Assembly: GCA_002269645.1 (NCBI GenBank)
Contig: NIVC01001761.1
Coordinates: forward strand, 176,666 to 240,665
Source of the DNA: Macrostomum lignano
Lineage: Eukaryota
DNA: 64,000 bases
Reading direction: 5' to 3'
Shown: in pieces, positions 11,080 through 23,800 of the stretch
Layout: each line of letters starts with the position of its first letter
Numbering within the stretch: position 1 is the stretch's first letter
The notes under the pieces: model-generated
Database searches by the model: none
The model's input: only the letters and a program-made list of their open reading frames with translations
What the model was told of the DNA's origin: nothing
Made by a program: the position numbers and the translations under genes

Positions 11080-11699
11080 GTGTAAACATATCTGTGTGTG
11101 TGCATATGGGGCAAATTGCCTGGTGATTTGGATATAAGGAAGGACTGAAAACTTTCTATTGCCCCAATAAAGTCAGATTTTTTTAAACTCTACCGTTTGG
11201 AATTCTGTTGAAAAACAATAATGAGCAGGACACGTTGCCCATCCTATGTGCATGAGGTTTGCACAACCTGCAATATAAGCAGACTCGGTGGGTTCAAACC
11301 GTATGAGCACACTGCTCGTGAGACCTGCTGCATCACCCGCTGGCTGATCGATTGAACTGTTTACGGCTAGAAACCAATCAACAAGACATGGAAGCCACAC
11401 CGTCGTAAATTGGAACTCAGCTGAGGATCGGGAGCAAGCCCGCATCATCGCTTTGGAGGTGGCAGAGCAAGAAGAGGAATTTAGGGCTGCTGAGCGAATT
11501 CGAGAACCTGAGACCTCACTGAGTCAGGTGATCTCAAGTGAATGCGGTCGGCCATTGATGACGGTCACCACTGAGCTGCCTGCCGCCGCTGCTGCTTCTC
11601 AGCCGATCACCGCTGAGCTGCTCGTTGTCACGTCACGACAGATGAAGATTGTGCTGAGCTGCCCGAATTAGATACGGCGTTCCTTGAGGAGTTAAGTGT

Positions 11700-12050
11700 A
11701 GAAAAGACAATGTGACCGGGAAGAATGTTGCCGGGAAGAGGCCACCAGCTTCAGAAGACTCCGCACGGGCCACTCGTTGGAGCTCGCCAACTATGCGAAG
11801 CGCATCGGAAGATCCGAGGATAGTAACTGCCTGGAATGCGAATCGCAGGAGGAAAGTATCGAACACCTGATGAATTGCCCGGCGACCCGGAGGAAGAGAG
11901 AGGAGATGGACATCACATTTGGGAGCTTGCGGATCTTAACAACAAGGCCGAGAGGGCGCTCAACTTCTGGCGTTGGATTCGAGGCAGGAAGGCCGAAAGG
12001 CCAGCAGTAGTCTATGGGCCTTACACACACACATAACAGCAGCAGCAGGC
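11700..12050 (+). mobile_element. 3' fragment of a non-LTR retrotransposon
   Basis: RRLRTGHSLELANYAKRIGRSEDSNCLECESQEESIEHLMNCP is the RLRTGH + CxxC...HxxxxC zinc knuckle of LINE ORF2 C-termini. It is followed by a (CA)/(CAG) simple-repeat tail. Confidence 0.75.
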
Positions 12051-14399
12051 CGCCATCCCAGTAGCTATGTTGTGCTCGTGCGCTTGCCCTGCCAAAGTGC
12101 ACTCTGCCCCCCCCCCACGCGGCATACCGTATTTGTTTTGGCGTTATATGCTCAGCGGTGTAAGCCGCTTAGCTGCCATTGTGTTCTCTGTGCACTGGTT
12201 GGCTGAGCCGCCCTGTCTGGCCCTCGCCCCGGGCTGCTCCTCCCTCAGCTGCGCCGTGATTGGCTGCCCGCCCGTGTGTTTTCTGCGCTCTCCAACGCAG
12301 GCCCGGAACGACGACTACCGTTTTTGTAGACCGTCCCCCTACCACACAGACAACAAACAATAAACATTGACCGTCGGGTCTGCCAGCCGCGAACAGACTT
12401 CAGCTGCAATTAATTGACCGCACGCGCAAGGGCGAGCTGTACGTGAAGTAAGTCACTGCCTTGTCTCCTTCATTTCAGGGGCTGTAGCAGGGACAGTCCT
12501 GACGCCGACTAAGGGGGGACTTGGCCAGGTAGTCTGCCAGGGACCACCCTGTACTGTAAGCCCGCCAGCTCGTGCGCTTTGACGCCCTGCTGAAGTTGAT
12601 CGACATCACAGCGTCCACGCGTGTGCCGGCCACTTGGGTGCGTCCTGACGCCCCAGACTTAGGGTCCCGTGCGGACACTCGCGCCCTGACGCAGGCCAGC
12701 ACGGGCCCGCGTACTCTGACCCTCGTAGACACACCCTTCCTGAGAGTCGTGAGTACAACAGCTGGAAAGAATCTTGAGCAGGCTTGGACGATGATGATGC
12801 CAGAAAACTGTATTTCTGACATTCTCTGCGAGCTGGAATCTGGCCCTGCTCAACCATCAACGATGGATGCGGAAGCAATGGCGGGGGCAACAACGGGTGC
12901 GGCTGAGACGGCTTCTTCTGGATTGCAGCAGCAGCCTTCGTGTCTATTCAGCTCGTCCTTCCTAGCAGTGTTGTGGGGGCATACATGCGCAACAGTCGGC
13001 CGAGTCGGCCGATCCGGCCGACCGATTTGGCGGCCAACCATGGAAGTCGCAAAAATGCCCACGCGAAAAACACGAAGTAGTGGTACTAAGTAGCTGACAA
13101 GGCATTTTGGCTTTATAAGACAGTCATAGTTACTCCTGCCGTTTACCCAAAGTTGCGTTATTTGCGGTTTTTTACATGTAAGTCGCATTTTTGGCCAACA
13201 ACTACGTCGCATTTTTGTTAAAACTAAGTCGCACGGCCGACCGAATTTTGGAGGTCGCGCATGTATGTGTGGGGGAATACTTGGTTGACCTCGGGGGTAA
13301 CTTTTGAATCCGGCTTAGCAACTCATAATTTTGCATTTAATTTTTTTAATGGGTAGATTGCTAATTAGCGGTAATCATGGGTAAAAGATAATGTGCAATT
13401 TTAAATGTGTATTGTATATAGTTTGTAGCGTTTAATGTGTAGAAATTAACAGCTAGCTGAAAGACTAGGATATCTATCAAATGCAATATATGTAGCTTAT
13501 TACGAAATCAAGAAGTGCAGTGGCTATAGTTCAATTGCAGCTTTGAAACCAATTATCTGAAGCAATTACTGTTTCGAATTAGCTAATGGGATCTCTCATT
13601 ACAGGGATTATGTTCTCATACACTAAAGAGGTGTGAAATGGGGCATATCCTATCTAAAATGAGCATTGTGGTCTTTCGGCTGTAAACTTATAGGGTCGTA
13701 GTATGCTCTACCGTTTACGTGTTGTTTATTGTCGTTTCTGGGACCCCAAAAATTTTTGCAAGCTGAAAGTAAATGCAAGTTATTCTATGCATAATTTTCA
13801 ATTATCTATCAAGCAATTTTGTTCAAAGCTTTGTGTTTCTATTTGTTTTCACTAATTTTTATAATTTCTTTTAAAATAAAAAGCTCGTAATACGAGCATA
13901 TAACGGCTTTGAAGGCTGATGAAAAAACATGCCAGACTTGATTTTCAATCATTTCCATCGAACTGACTACTGTCTGATGGAGGATTCGGTTCGGGAACCC
14001 ACAGGACAGGGCTCGCTGCTAGAGTCCGCCGATTTCAGTGTTGAACCTGGGACCAACAGTGAGTTAGATTAACTATAAAGTTTGCGAATTCTTTGAATAA
14101 TAGATTACAAATCTGAGAAATCCCCACAAATAATCAGACAGATGATTCATTTAAATGAAACGCCCAAGTTGAGTAAATCTATGAGCAAATTTCAAACTGT
14201 TGGGATTCTCAAGCTCCGATCCACTGATTACCGATATGCCAATTTCCATAGCTATCTGAATCATATCAAAACGCCATGGGATTTGCTTCTTAAAAGGACA
14301 GTACATTTTAAAAATTTAAAACTGAAAATTTAAAATTGGCTTTGTTCAAAAATATTTAGTACACTTTGCTTTAAATTCTATACCATATTTTATTTCCTC

Positions 14400-16694
14400 A
14401 TCCGTCTATCAGGAATCCCATTCCGATCTGCAATCGTATCAACAGCGCACAACAATCTCTTTCAAGTGCTGCGCTTTATTCCGACTGTGCCATGCGATCC
14501 GTTTGAATTGCTTCGTGAGACCAAAGACGCCATTGGACAGGTGCTTGAATTGCGACTCGACTCTTCTGATGGCCAGTCTGTTTGCGCACAACTCAAGCTC
14601 AACTTTCGCATGACTAGACTAGCTGGAACGGATGTATTGCCTATTAACGCTGAAAATAAGTACATCACACACCACCTGGTATGTCTTAATGGCATATGCG
14701 AGTTTAAGAACTGGTGGATGCAGAAATTTGCTGAGCTTGAGCGCAAAATTGACGTTTACAATTCTAATGGCAGTGGGTGGGTTGTTGATGGTCTCAACCA
14801 CGTCGATCTGTGCAGTGCCTTGTCCGACTGCATTCGATACTATTCAGGTAGATGCAGTGAATTTTCCTTGCCTATTGAGCTACTAAATAAAAAGGCTCTC
14901 ATTAATCCACCGAGTAATGGAAATGACTGTTTCCGCTTTGCCTGCTCGGCTTATCTTCATTGTGATGATCCCACCGTGAAGAAGTCGGGTCACAGATTGT
15001 CGACTTAAAAACTGGGAGGCGGAAATCGATTTGACAGGTATTAATCTGCCAGTCTCAATAAGTGACCTAGAAGCGATTGAGCAGAGAAACAAAGAAATTC
15101 GTTTCATGGTTCTAACATGGAAGAATTCGGAGCCTTCAGTGATCCGCCAACCCAGGGCACAATTGGCAACATCTCGGAAGATTGTGCTACTCATGTTGGT
15201 GCAGTCAACATTGTCTCACAGGGACTCAGAAGATAGCAGTGAAGAGGATGACAAGCAGGAAAATGATGGGATCGACACCAACAATCTTGCCCACTGGTGT
15301 GCGGTGTCAAGCCTCGATTGGTTGTTCGACAGCAAAGGGGGTTTTCGAAATCGAAAGTGGTGTGAACGATGCTTGAATTATTTTCGAACCGAAAAAGATC
15401 TACAATCACACCAAGTGCATTGCAATCTCCAACATTCGATCTCCATTAAGGAGATTATGCCTGAGTCAGAAAGTTCCTGCCTGCACTTCAAGTCCAGGGA
15501 GACGACACTGAGCCCTCCTTTTGTCGTCTACGCCGACTTTGAAGTACTCAACGTTCCAACTACTGCTGTAGATGATGCATCAATCACAAAGCTAACAGAG
15601 CACGTGCCAGCTGCTGCAGGCTACATCACAATCTCCTGAGAGGGAATTAGCCAGTTGCGTAGGCCTTGCGAGGATGTAGCTCTGTTTTGCAGTTCTGATG
15701 CACACGCATGCGTCAAGGAATTTTTTGTCTCTGGAGCAGTTGGCTCGAAAAGTTTATGACTGAAACAAGGAGTTCAGTCATAAGCCAGCCGTTAAACATG
15801 AATCAGACATTAGAAAATTAAATGAGGCTGTTTGCTGCCACTATTGTGAAGAAAGTATTCTCTCTTCTAGTGAGAAACACTGGGACCACAATCACTTGAC
15901 TGGTGCATTCCGTGGTGCTGCCTGTAGTTCATGCAACAAACTCGCCAGACTAAAGCGCCACTTTCTACCAGTTGTTCTACACAACTTGCGTGGCAATGAT
16001 CTGCACCTCATCTTCTCAACCGCCCTTGGTGATATGCCTGGCTGGAAAATCAGCATCATCCCGCAAATAGCCAAGGCATACCTATCAATGCAGGTTGAAA
16101 TTGATGAATATGAAAAGGATAGTAAGATAAGGCCACTAAACTTCACGCTTCCGTTTATCGACAGCTGGCAGTTTTTACACAGTAGCATTGCACAACTAAT
16201 TGCAACTTTGCCGGAAGATGTGTGCATAGTGATGGCTCAAATGCGTGAGCATTTCCCAAACGTAAGCCATGAAGTCCTTTTTTCAAAGGGAGTATTCCCA
16301 TACAAATATCTTTCTAATAGTCATGTACTCAGTGATACACAACTTGCCTAGCTGAGAGCAATTTTTCAATTGATTGAACAACTGCAAATGCAGCATACCA
16401 GAGTATAAGCATGCTCAAAAAACATGGCGTGAATTTGATGCGGTTAACTAGCGTCATTATATGCTCTGCTACCTTGAGTTGGATATCCGTCAACTTGCGG
16501 ATATTTTTGAGAATTTCCGCCGGCTCAGCCTCCCAGAAGATGGACTAGATCTGGTCCATTTTGTATTAACACCTGGGCTTTCATTTGCTTCCACCCTAAA
16601 GTCACTTTGTGGCATTGCGAAGGAAGGCATTCAGCTTTTGAGTGACAACAAAATGGATCAAACCTTTGAGCAAGGCATTTGTGGTGGCATGTGA
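14400..16694 (+). pseudogene. Decayed protein-primed DNA polymerase B of a Polinton/Maverick (adintovirus-like) element
   Basis: Motifs occur in the expected order over four frames: NGSGWVVD, LPIELLNKKALINP...DCFRF, C2H2 WCERCLNYF...HQVHC, Exo-I PFVVYADFE, endonuclease-VII-like CHYC...DHNHLTGAFRGAACSSCN, Exo-II PVVLHNLRGNDLHL, FIDSWQFL, SKGVFPYKYL, YLELDIRQLADIFENFR, LTPGLSF, FEQGICGG. There are several stops and frameshifts, and the sequence ends before the polymerase catalytic motifs. Confidence 0.85.
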
Positions 16695-19600
16695 TTTGTC
16701 AATATTCATCATGTGTAGGCATTTCAATCATGTTTTTACCTAGGCAACCTGCCCAAAATACATATTTATCTAAATTCTACTATACAAGCATAGCTAGTCA
16801 TTGGTCAATTTAATCTAGCCCATTTGCAATATAATGTGTGTGTAGCTTAGTATTTGTATAGACAAAATGCCATTTTGTAGGTTGGAATGATTTAAATTTA
16901 GATAGCAAAGTATGAAAATAATAGCCTGTAATTAGCCCTGCTATTGCACCAATAATTGAGGGGTTTTGTTTCCTTTAGACTTCATATGAAAAAGCAAATG
17001 CATAATATTCATCTAACACTTAGGCCTTATATAGCAAAAAACTAAAATTAAAAGGCTATACCAAAATGGTTCTATTATCTATTAAAATGCTCTAGCTTTC
17101 TAAATAGGCCTACCTTGAAAAAAACATAAGTAGATAGTAGACATTAAAAAAGTGGCAAACAACAAAAAACAAACTTGCAAGAATTTTTTGCTAGGAAATA
17201 GAAATATTTTTACTTATCAAAAAAAACATTGAATATAGTTCATTCTTATTTAGGCATAGGCTAGTTTAGTTTTATAATTTTATAATATTTGCAATACTAG
17301 GGCCTAATAGGTCCTATTTTTCTAATATATTTTGTAAAATTTAAGCCTTTTTAAGGATTTAGGAGCCTATTTAATTTTTTGGCATTAATAGGCCAAGTCC
17401 AAAAAATGATAAGAAAAAACTTGAGGCCTCTTTCAAACTTCAAATTAGGCCTAGGCTAGACTATTTTATGACTAAATAAGTAAACTTGGGCCTAGTTGTC
17501 TAATTACCATAGTCAGGAAAGTGGCAGTGTGCACAGGAATAAATTTTAGAGGGACAATCTGTGCACCATCTATGCGCCGTTATTCAAAAATTGAATAATT
17601 ACAAATGCATGCCAAAAAAATTGGTGCATGTCCATTCTCAAAAATACGCCAGTGTTGCAACAATAAATGACCTTTTTTACATTGTGACAATAAAAGACCT
17701 TTTTTAAATTGCATAGCAGACCCTTATTATTAGATAATTTTGTTGCTTTTAAAGCTTTTTTGGCGATACTATTTATAGCGAAAAGTTTATACACACAAAG
17801 ATTTGTTTAAATACTCTTTTACGAGCTGGAAAAAACTGGAAAGCTTGAAATTTGCACCTAAAAATGAACTTTTTTCATCTTTTTTCTACTTTACAATAAC
17901 TCTTACTTGTGATTCTATAAAGTGCACGCCAGGTGTGCACACATACTTTTTTTTCAAGAGTGATGCACGCCAACTATGCATGCCTAATTTTGGCGTGCAA
18001 GGCCAATGCACGCCCAAATTTTCGGGCGTATACTATATGATCCAGAGTGTGGGTGTGCCAATGTGCACTGAGACCCTTTGTGTGCACCGCGCTTGTGCGC
18101 CAATGTGCACTGAGACCCTTTGTGTGTGCCGCGCTTGTGCGCCAATGTGCACCAAGACCCTTTGTGTGCGCAGGAATTTTTCCCCTTAGAGGCCACCTTC
18201 CTGACTATGGCCTAATTAGAATTATAGCCTAGGCTTATAATATTTACAAGGTTTAAGGTCTAGGGTCTACATATAGATATAGGCTATTATTTTGTGATTG
18301 TCAGTTGAGGTGGCCCCAAAAAGGGCTGCTTTAGTGAAAGCAATGCCATTCTATAATAGTTTATTTGATGTCATTTTCTGCCATTTAGATGGTCTTATAC
18401 TCTAATGTCTGCTTATAGTAATTCTTATAATAATGCTTAGTAAGCATATATGTAATGCTCAATAATGCATAGTAATGCTTATATGTTTTTCGTCTTCATC
18501 ATTTGATCCTAGGACTATGTCATCTTCATTAAGCCTAGGCCTAATTGTCACAGTTTAGTTAGTATATTGTGATATATGCCATCAATTTACCATTTAGTCA
18601 AGTATTCTTTTGGCAATAAACTAGGCCCTAAACCAATAGTAAAAGACAAGGCCAAATCCAAATATCTCCTAAATTAAAAAAATGTAGGAATAATATAGTA
18701 TAGGCCTATTAGAGCTATCCTAGGCATAGGGCCTCTAGAGAACTTATTTCGTCATATAAAACTATATTAGGGCCCTACTATTATATTATAAAGATAATTT
18801 CAACTTTAGCTTGATATTTCAATGTGTAATAAAAGAGGAAAACATAATACTTATAATTATAATTTATAATTAAATTATAGAATATAGGCCCTAATTTAAA
18901 AAAATATTATAACTAGGAGCTAGGACTAGGCATAGTAGCTAGGCCCTAGCCTATGCCTAGAGGCTAGGGCGCCTATGGATAAAATTTGTAAAAATCTATG
19001 CATTTAATTAATAAGTACGGCCTACATTATTAGAGTATGATGCTGCAGCTGATCAAATTATCTAGATTGTGACAATTTCCCAGATTTAATCTAACCTTTT
19101 TGTTAAAGCCCAGATTAGCTAATATCAGGATCAACAACACATCATAGACACACGACACTCGCTCGCGCCACTAAAGCTAAAGGTGGCCGACTTGCGGCCG
19201 ACGGCCGGCGGCTTGTCCGTTGTCCGGCTGCTTCGAGCTCGGACTTACTGGCGGTTTCTATTTTTTGGAAACTTGAGTTCGCGCCACACTACGAGTAAGG
19301 TCTATAACTCAGTATATAATTTTTCGAAGGTAGGCAAAGCAGACAGCCACATAGCATTGCAAAAAACATAGCAATATTTTTGAAAAACGTACCAAGAACT
19401 TGATAAAGACAGATTTGATAGTTAGAATCGTCACTTACACTTGCTCCACACTAGGGGATAATTTTCTTTTACAGATATCGTTCGAGAGCCTCAGCTCCTG
19501 TCAATGACTCAAGGATGTTTTAAAACTTGAAAAAAGATATTGATTAAATGATTCCAGAAGGGAGCAATTATTTCATGCAGATATGCTTTTGCGCAGCTGA

Positions 19601-20899
19601 CTATAATTTCGGAATACATGTACATGTACATTCGCGGTACGCCAGAGGCAAAGTAAACTTCCGCCAAAATACAGGCCCGCTCCCTCCGGCCCCCATTTTG
19701 GTCTTGACCCACGATCCCTCACCGGTTTTTGGTTGGCACCACCGAAGACTCGATTAGCACACTTCCTCTTCTTAGGGCACTTCTGAAGTTAAGATCGAAT
19801 CAATAGAGATAAAAATTTGGTCGGAAATTGGTGGTAGCGTGATCTGGCACATCACAGGGGCTGTTAATGAGCGTGCGATATATGTACATGTATACATCAA
19901 TAGGCCGTATCATGTAGCCCATAGCCTTTAACTAACCGCGGCCTCTCATATGAGTCCACGACCACGGCATGCAGTCGTCCATCACCCAATAATCTGCATA
20001 GAAGCCATGGATACTGGTAAAAAGGCAAAACGAGTTAAGTAACAGGATCGGAACCTAAAGGCACAGTCCTTGCATGTAATAATATACAGGTGCATCATTA
20101 CTGCAATCCCAAATGCGTATCCAAGCACAAGATCTTCTCCTGTTTGCAGTCTTCTTTGTAGCTCATATAGTTTTTAGCCAATAGATACAAAAAAGCAAAC
20201 AGCAGAAAAGACAGCCACCCGCCATGTACGCACTGATGAGAATTCGACTAATACAAATAGGTTAATAACGGCAATTTATTAATAACATTTATAACAGTAA
20301 TAATGCATAAATTACTAAAATTAGACATCGGGATGACGGACAGCGAATGATTAAGCTGCTTTACATTTTAAAAAATCAGTGCATGCAACACTCTTACGCT
20401 CGTGCGCTATAAAGATTTGTAGTTGAACTTACTGTATTGTAACTAGATTGCATAATAATAATAATATTATAACAAATACTAATAGAGCATTGGTAGCAGC
20501 GGCCGAACTTTACAACGGATACCAGGGGGGGGGGGGGGTCAGTAAGACTCGGAACCGGATTGCACTGCTGGGGATTCTATCGCCACGCCCAGATATACTA
20601 AACAAGCACGGCAGACAAGCGCCACAGATACAGACGCAGAAGCAAACGATAAACAGTTGAATAAACAGCATTGAGAAACTATTAAATTTTTATAACATCA
20701 AACAATGAAAACGGCGATGCTGGTGGTGCAGGCAGAACGCGCTGGGTGCAACAAGGCCAGCCAGTGCCGGCAATACGATATGTACATTTGCACGGAGACA
20801 ACTCAGCACTGGGAATAATACGGCTAACAGATTATTCGGTTCAGAGTTTTGTTATCGAAATTCAAATTAAAGTTTCACAAGCCGAAAACGGGAAAGCCG

Positions 20900-23800
20900 C
20901 TACTGCGGCCCGGCCTGGTCCGTCTCCATTGGCTGCGGCCCCTCCGCCTGGGCAGCGGCAGGCGGCTGCTCTGGCGCCCTGTCCGGCACCGGGGGCATCT
21001 CCGAGTCCGAGGGCGCGGCGCCGCGCGCCTCTGAGGCCAACGAAGGCGGCGGAGGCGCCGCCGGCGACGTCACAGAATCGCCGGAGGGGGTCACCGAAGC
21101 GGCGGCCGGCGCAGACGCTGGGGCCTCGTCGAGGGCTGCGGACAGAGTCGGAGGAGCGGCGGCGGTTGACTCAGCGCCCTGAGGAGCTTCAACAGCCGGA
21201 CCGGCCGCAGCTCCGGCAGCCGAGGCGACACTCGAAGCCTGCGGGGCGGCCGGCAGTTGCGGCTGGGCGGACAGCGAAGGAGGCTGCGGAGTTGCCGGCT
21301 GCTGCGACGTCGGGGGCGGCGGCGGTGGCGGCGGAGGCATGGCGGAATCGGAAGTTGGCACAGTCGATGCCTGAGCAGTCTGCTCAGCCAATTGCTGCTG
21401 CTGCTGCTGCTGCTGGCGGACTTCTTGAGCGGCCAGCTGGCGAGCGCGCTGCTCGGCCACGCGGTTCATCTCTTGGTAGAAGGCCTGGCGCTCCTGCAGC
21501 AGCTGCTGTCGCTGGGCTTCCAGCACTTCCCGCTCTCGGTCCATCAGCGCCTCCAGCTCCTGGAAGTGGCGCAGTTTGGTTTCAATCTTCTTCATCTGGG
21601 TCTCCACCAGCGAGGCCACCAGGCTCTTGATCTTCTTCTCCTCCACCTGGGCCAGGTGCTTGGCTTTGACAGCAGCGGCGGCCAGAACGGACGCGGCAGC
21701 GGCGCTCATCGTCTCCTTGGGATCGGCCGGGGCTGCGGCGGCGGCAGCGGGCGGCTGGCCGCTGGTCTCATTGGCCGCGTCAGCCGGCTCCTTATCGCCG
21801 GCTTCGGTTGAGGCAACCTCAGCAGCAGCTGCGGAAGCAGCCGGAGGACTCTTGGGCTTGGCGGCTTCACCTGCAGCGGGATCAGTCGTCACCGGCTCGT
21901 CGCCATTCGTTTTCGCGGCGGCGGCGGCGACAGACTCAGAGGAAGCAGCGGCGGCCGGGGCACCGCCGGAGTCGTCGCCTTCCTTCTTGACAGAGGCGGC
22001 GTCGCCGGCGGACTCGGCGGATGCGACAGCAGCTGGTGGCGCAGCGTCAGCCGTGGCAGCCAGAGCAGCGGAAGCGGCGTCCTCGGAGGCAGCAGACTTG
22101 TCAGCAGCAGCAGCAGGCGGAGCTCCGTTGCCCAGCGAGCTGGTGGCGGCCGCGGAGGCCTCCTTGTTGGCGCCGACGCTCTGCTGGTGAGCCTTGAGCA
22201 CGCAGTTGGGAATCTCGTCCCTCATCTTGGCGTACTCGTCCAGAGCAGCCTTGGTGGCGGCGCTGGCAATCCTGGGATCAACAGTGGCAGCCAGGAAGGC
22301 CACGGTGCACATGATGGGGTTGCCGGCCTTGCTGAAGGGAATCGGCTGGTGGATCAGCGGGCCCAGCGCCTCTTCGGCGCCCTCTAAAAACGGATCCTCG
22401 ATCGGCAGCTTCAGGAAGTGCAGCACGCACTCCTCCTGGGTGCGGGACCCCACGTGCTCGGCCACTCGGTTCCAGTCATCTTTGAACAGCTCGAGGCCCT
22501 CCAGCAGGCTCAGCGTCTCCTGGTCAGTCCAGTCCGACTTGCGGCTGGCCGGCGGCTTGTCCGGCAGCTTCGAGCTCGCCTCGGACTTCTGTCCGGCGGC
22601 GGACTGCGCTGCCGACTGAGCCGACGGCGCCTGTTGCTGCTGCTGTTGCGACTGAATCGCCGCCGTGCCGCCGGGCACTCCGGTGCCGCTGCCCTGCTGG
22701 GAGTCGCCGCTGGCAGCTGCAGCAGACACCGCGGGACTGTCCGCAGCGGAAGCCGCAGATGAGACCCCATGACCGTTGGAGGTCACAGTCGCTGTTGTGG
22801 TTGTCGTAGAGGCTGCGGTTGAGGCGGGCACCGCGGCGGTGGCGGCGGCGGCTGATACTGAAGCTTCGCTGGTGACGACAGCGGTTCCGCCGTTGCCGCC
22901 GCCAACATTGAGGAAGGGCGGAGCGGGCTTGAATGGCGGGTTGACGGGCGCCAGTCCGGCCGGGGTGTCCGCCAGCACGTGGAAATGCGAGGTTGACGGC
23001 GGCCCCAGAGCGGCGAGCTTGGCTTCGTTGTCAACCTGGGAAATCGGCGAGCTTCTACTTGACAAGTGCGGATGGGGTCGGACAAAGACCTAAACTCTAC
23101 TGTGGGGCCGGACAAAGACTCAAACTCTACTGTGGGGCCGGAGAAAGACCTAAACTCTACTGTGGGGCCGGACAAAGACTCAAACTCTACTGTGGGGTCG
23201 GACAAAGAGTCAAACTCTACTGTGGGGTCTAACAAAGGCTCAAACGCAAGCCCAGACTCAAGTTCAGCCTCACCTGGTAGTTGATGAGGCCCCACTGTTC
23301 CAGGAAAGCGTGCACCCTGAGGATGCCGCACACGTCGCCATGCAAATTCCGCCTGCAGGCAGTGAAGGTGAGGTACTCCTGCGGGTTGAGCCTGTAGGTG
23401 TCAATCATGAAGTTGCGATAGGCCAGGTAGGCCTCAGGAGTTTTGCTCTGTTTGCCCTTGGTGAAGAACTCAGGCAGGCCGCGCTCCTCCAGCGCGTGGA
23501 TGGAGTTGTAGTCGAACCAGGTGGCGTAGGAGGGCACGATGATGACGTGCGCCTGCTCAGTCACCGTCACGTCACCGCCAGCGGCAGTCTGAAAATTTTA
23601 GGTTTAGGTTAGAGTTGGGGTTTAGGTTGGGGTTGGGGTTTAGGTTGGGGTTGGGGTTTAGGTTAGAGTGAAGTTTAGGTTAGAGTTGGGGTTTAGGTTA
23701 GAGCTGGGGTTAAGGTTGGGGTTGGGGTTTAGGTTGGGGTTGGGGTTTAGGTTAGAGTGAAGTTTAGGTTAGAGTTGGGGTTTAGGTTGGGGTTGAGGTT

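Noticed and set aside
12068-12395. Possible solo LTR (TGT...ACA with AATAAA)
   Set aside because: No matching TSD and no second copy, PBS or PPT found.
12475-13093. Overlapping ORFs as a retroelement or recombinase gene
   Set aside because: No convincing catalytic motif in any frame.
13000-19300. Terminal inverted repeats for the Polinton relic
   Set aside because: GGCCGAC-rich patches near 13000 and 19190 do not form an extended inverted pair, and no AG/AGT-type termini or 6-bp TSD were found.
20746-21630. 294-aa plus-strand ORF (also 26003-26956 and 6319-6784)
   Set aside because: Antisense shadows of GC-rich SMARCC exons, with no independent domain signal.
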